Shown piece after piece: positions 62,611 through 64,000 of a stretch of DNA of 64,000 bases; within the stretch, counting starts at the first letter, position 1; each line of letters begins with the position of its first letter. Made by a program: the position numbers and the translations under genes. Origin of the DNA: Cyanobacteriota bacterium (lineage in GTDB: Bacteria; Cyanobacteriota; Cyanobacteriia; Cyanobacteriales; Nostocaceae); NCBI GenBank assembly GCA_046045965.1, contig JBJOKS010000016.1, positions 32,001 through 96,000 on the forward strand. The letters run 5' to 3'. Below the pieces are notes generated by a model, which was given only the letters and a program-made list of their open reading frames with translations, had not been told where the DNA came from and ran no database searches.

Positions 62611-63918
62611 ATGAATAAACAGTTAGAATTGCCGTTTATAGAGATGGTATCTCCTCAAAAACCAGCGTTGATGTCTCAATCTTTTGATCATTCATCTACC
62701 TTTATAGATAATATGAAATTGCCAGTTCATCGCTGGTTCAGATTTAGTGCAGGTTTTTCTGCTCAATGGGTAGAAAATATCATAACTCAAGCAAAAGAAC
62801 AAGGAGAAGTCACAGTTTTAGATCCATTTGCGGGTTCTGGTACAACCTTAATTGCATCTGAAAAATTGGGAGTTGAATGTTTAGGAATCGAAGCTCATCC
62901 TTTTGTTGTGCGTATAGCCAGAGCTAAACTTTTATATAAAACTGATGCTGATACTTATATTGAAAATATAAAAAAGGTGATGGAATATGCAGCTAACTTA
63001 CAGCCTAATATAGATGAATACCCAAAATTGATTCATGATTGTTTTAGTATATCTTCACTAGAATCTCTTGATAAATTACGACAAGCCTGTGAAAATACCT
63101 CGGATAACTCACATCAATCTCAATTAGTTTGGTTAACGCTTGTAGCTATTTTGCGTCATGTTTCTCATGCTGGGACCGCACCTTGGCAATACATTTTACC
63201 AAACAGAAAGAAACAATCACCTCTAGAACCAATATCAGCTTTTCAGTTAATGGCGGAAAATATAGCTACAGATATGAGAATTGCTAAAGAAACAGTAACT
63301 TCATCTGCTAAACTGATTCAGTCAGATGCTAGAACTTGCCAAGGTATTCCTGATAATTTTGCCAATTTAGTAATCACATCACCACCTTATGCTAATAACT
63401 ATGACTATGCAGATGCTACACGACTAGAAATGTCTTTTATGAAAGAAATTCAAGGGTGGGGTGATTTACAAAATACAGTCAGAAAATATTTAATTCGTTC
63501 ATGTTCACAGCAAGTCACAAGTAAGAATGTAAATCTCAATGAAATTCTATCATCTCCAGAACTAGAACCAATTAGAAATAATATTATTGCAATCTTTCAG
63601 GAGCTATCCCAAGAGAGACATCTACATGGAGGAAAGAAAAATTATCATCTGATGATTGCTTGTTACTTTTTCGATATGGCTAAAGTTTGGATAGCACTGC
63701 GTCGAGTCTGCAAAAGTCCGTCAAAAGTTTGCTTTGTAATTGGTGATTCTGCACCCTATGGTATTTATGTTCCAGTAATTGAATGGATGGGTTTATTAGC
63801 AAAAGCAGCAGGTTTTGAATCCTACGAGTTTGATAAAATTCGTGATCGGAATGTGAAGTGGAAAAACCGCAAACACAGAGTTCCTCTGTGTGAAGGATTT
63901 TTATGGGTTAATGGATAA
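62611..63918 (+). CDS. Amino-DNA methyltransferase (alpha motif order, SPPY, probably m4C)
   Basis: HRWFRFSAGFS, motif I DPFAGSGTT followed later by motif IV TSPPY; VIGDS. Confidence 0.85.
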   Translation: MNKQLELPFIEMVSPQKPALMSQSFDHSSTFIDNMKLPVHRWFRFSAGFSAQWVENIITQAKEQGEVTVLDPFAGSGTTLIASEKLGVECLGIEAHPFVVRIARAKLLYKTDADTYIENIKKVMEYAANLQPNIDEYPKLIHDCFSISSLESLDKLRQACENTSDNSHQSQLVWLTLVAILRHVSHAGTAPWQYILPNRKKQSPLEPISAFQLMAENIATDMRIAKETVTSSAKLIQSDARTCQGIPDNFANLVITSPPYANNYDYADATRLEMSFMKEIQGWGDLQNTVRKYLIRSCSQQVTSKNVNLNEILSSPELEPIRNNIIAIFQELSQERHLHGGKKNYHLMIACYFFDMAKVWIALRRVCKSPSKVCFVIGDSAPYGIYVPVIEWMGLLAKAAGFESYEFDKIRDRNVKWKNRKHRVPLCEGFLWVNG

Positions 63919-63938
63919 AATAATAACATTTAAATGTA

Positions 63939-64000
63939 ATGGCAGAATCATTTTCACATAAATGGGGTCAGATTATTGGGAATTTAATTCAAGAGTTTAT
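63939..64000 (+). CDS. Partial ORF, possibly the cognate restriction endonuclease (runs off the window)
   Basis: ATG 20 nt after the MTase stop; MAESFSHKWGQIIGNLIQEF remains open to the window end. Confidence 0.45.
   Translation, partial: MAESFSHKWGQIIGNLIQEF

Overview
This is an AT-rich chromosomal segment of a heterocyst-forming cyanobacterium (Nostocales). The assignment is inferred from frequent HIP1 octamers GCGATCGC, heptamer STRR repeats, and asr1734-, ndhM-, ntcB- and cpcT-like genes. In order it carries: a cobalamin-riboswitch-controlled cbiMNQO operon; ctpB; rre1/ycf29; an asr1734-like regulator; ndhM; a signalling/proteolysis cluster (PrpJ-like PP2C phosphatase, HetF-like CHAT-FHA protease, a PatU3-like ORF and an FHA-PrsW protease); the nitrate assimilation cluster (nirA-nrtABCD-narB-psiE-like-narM with a canonical NtcA/NtcB promoter, and divergent petC3-ntcB-cnaT); two PIN toxin-antitoxin modules; housekeeping genes; a secreted DUF928/TpsA/TPR-CHAT trio; GDP-fucose/EPS genes; a decayed island at tRNA-Cys; a Pho-box pstSCAB operon; lysC; and a type II R-M-like locus cut by the window end. 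The best leads are (1) a possible paralogous HetF/PatU3 protease-substrate module coupled to Ser/Thr phosphorylation and (2) a small gene bracketed by related palindromes inside an IS4 relic next to tRNA-Cys. No CRISPR array was seen. All family calls come from motif recognition by eye; no database searches were run.
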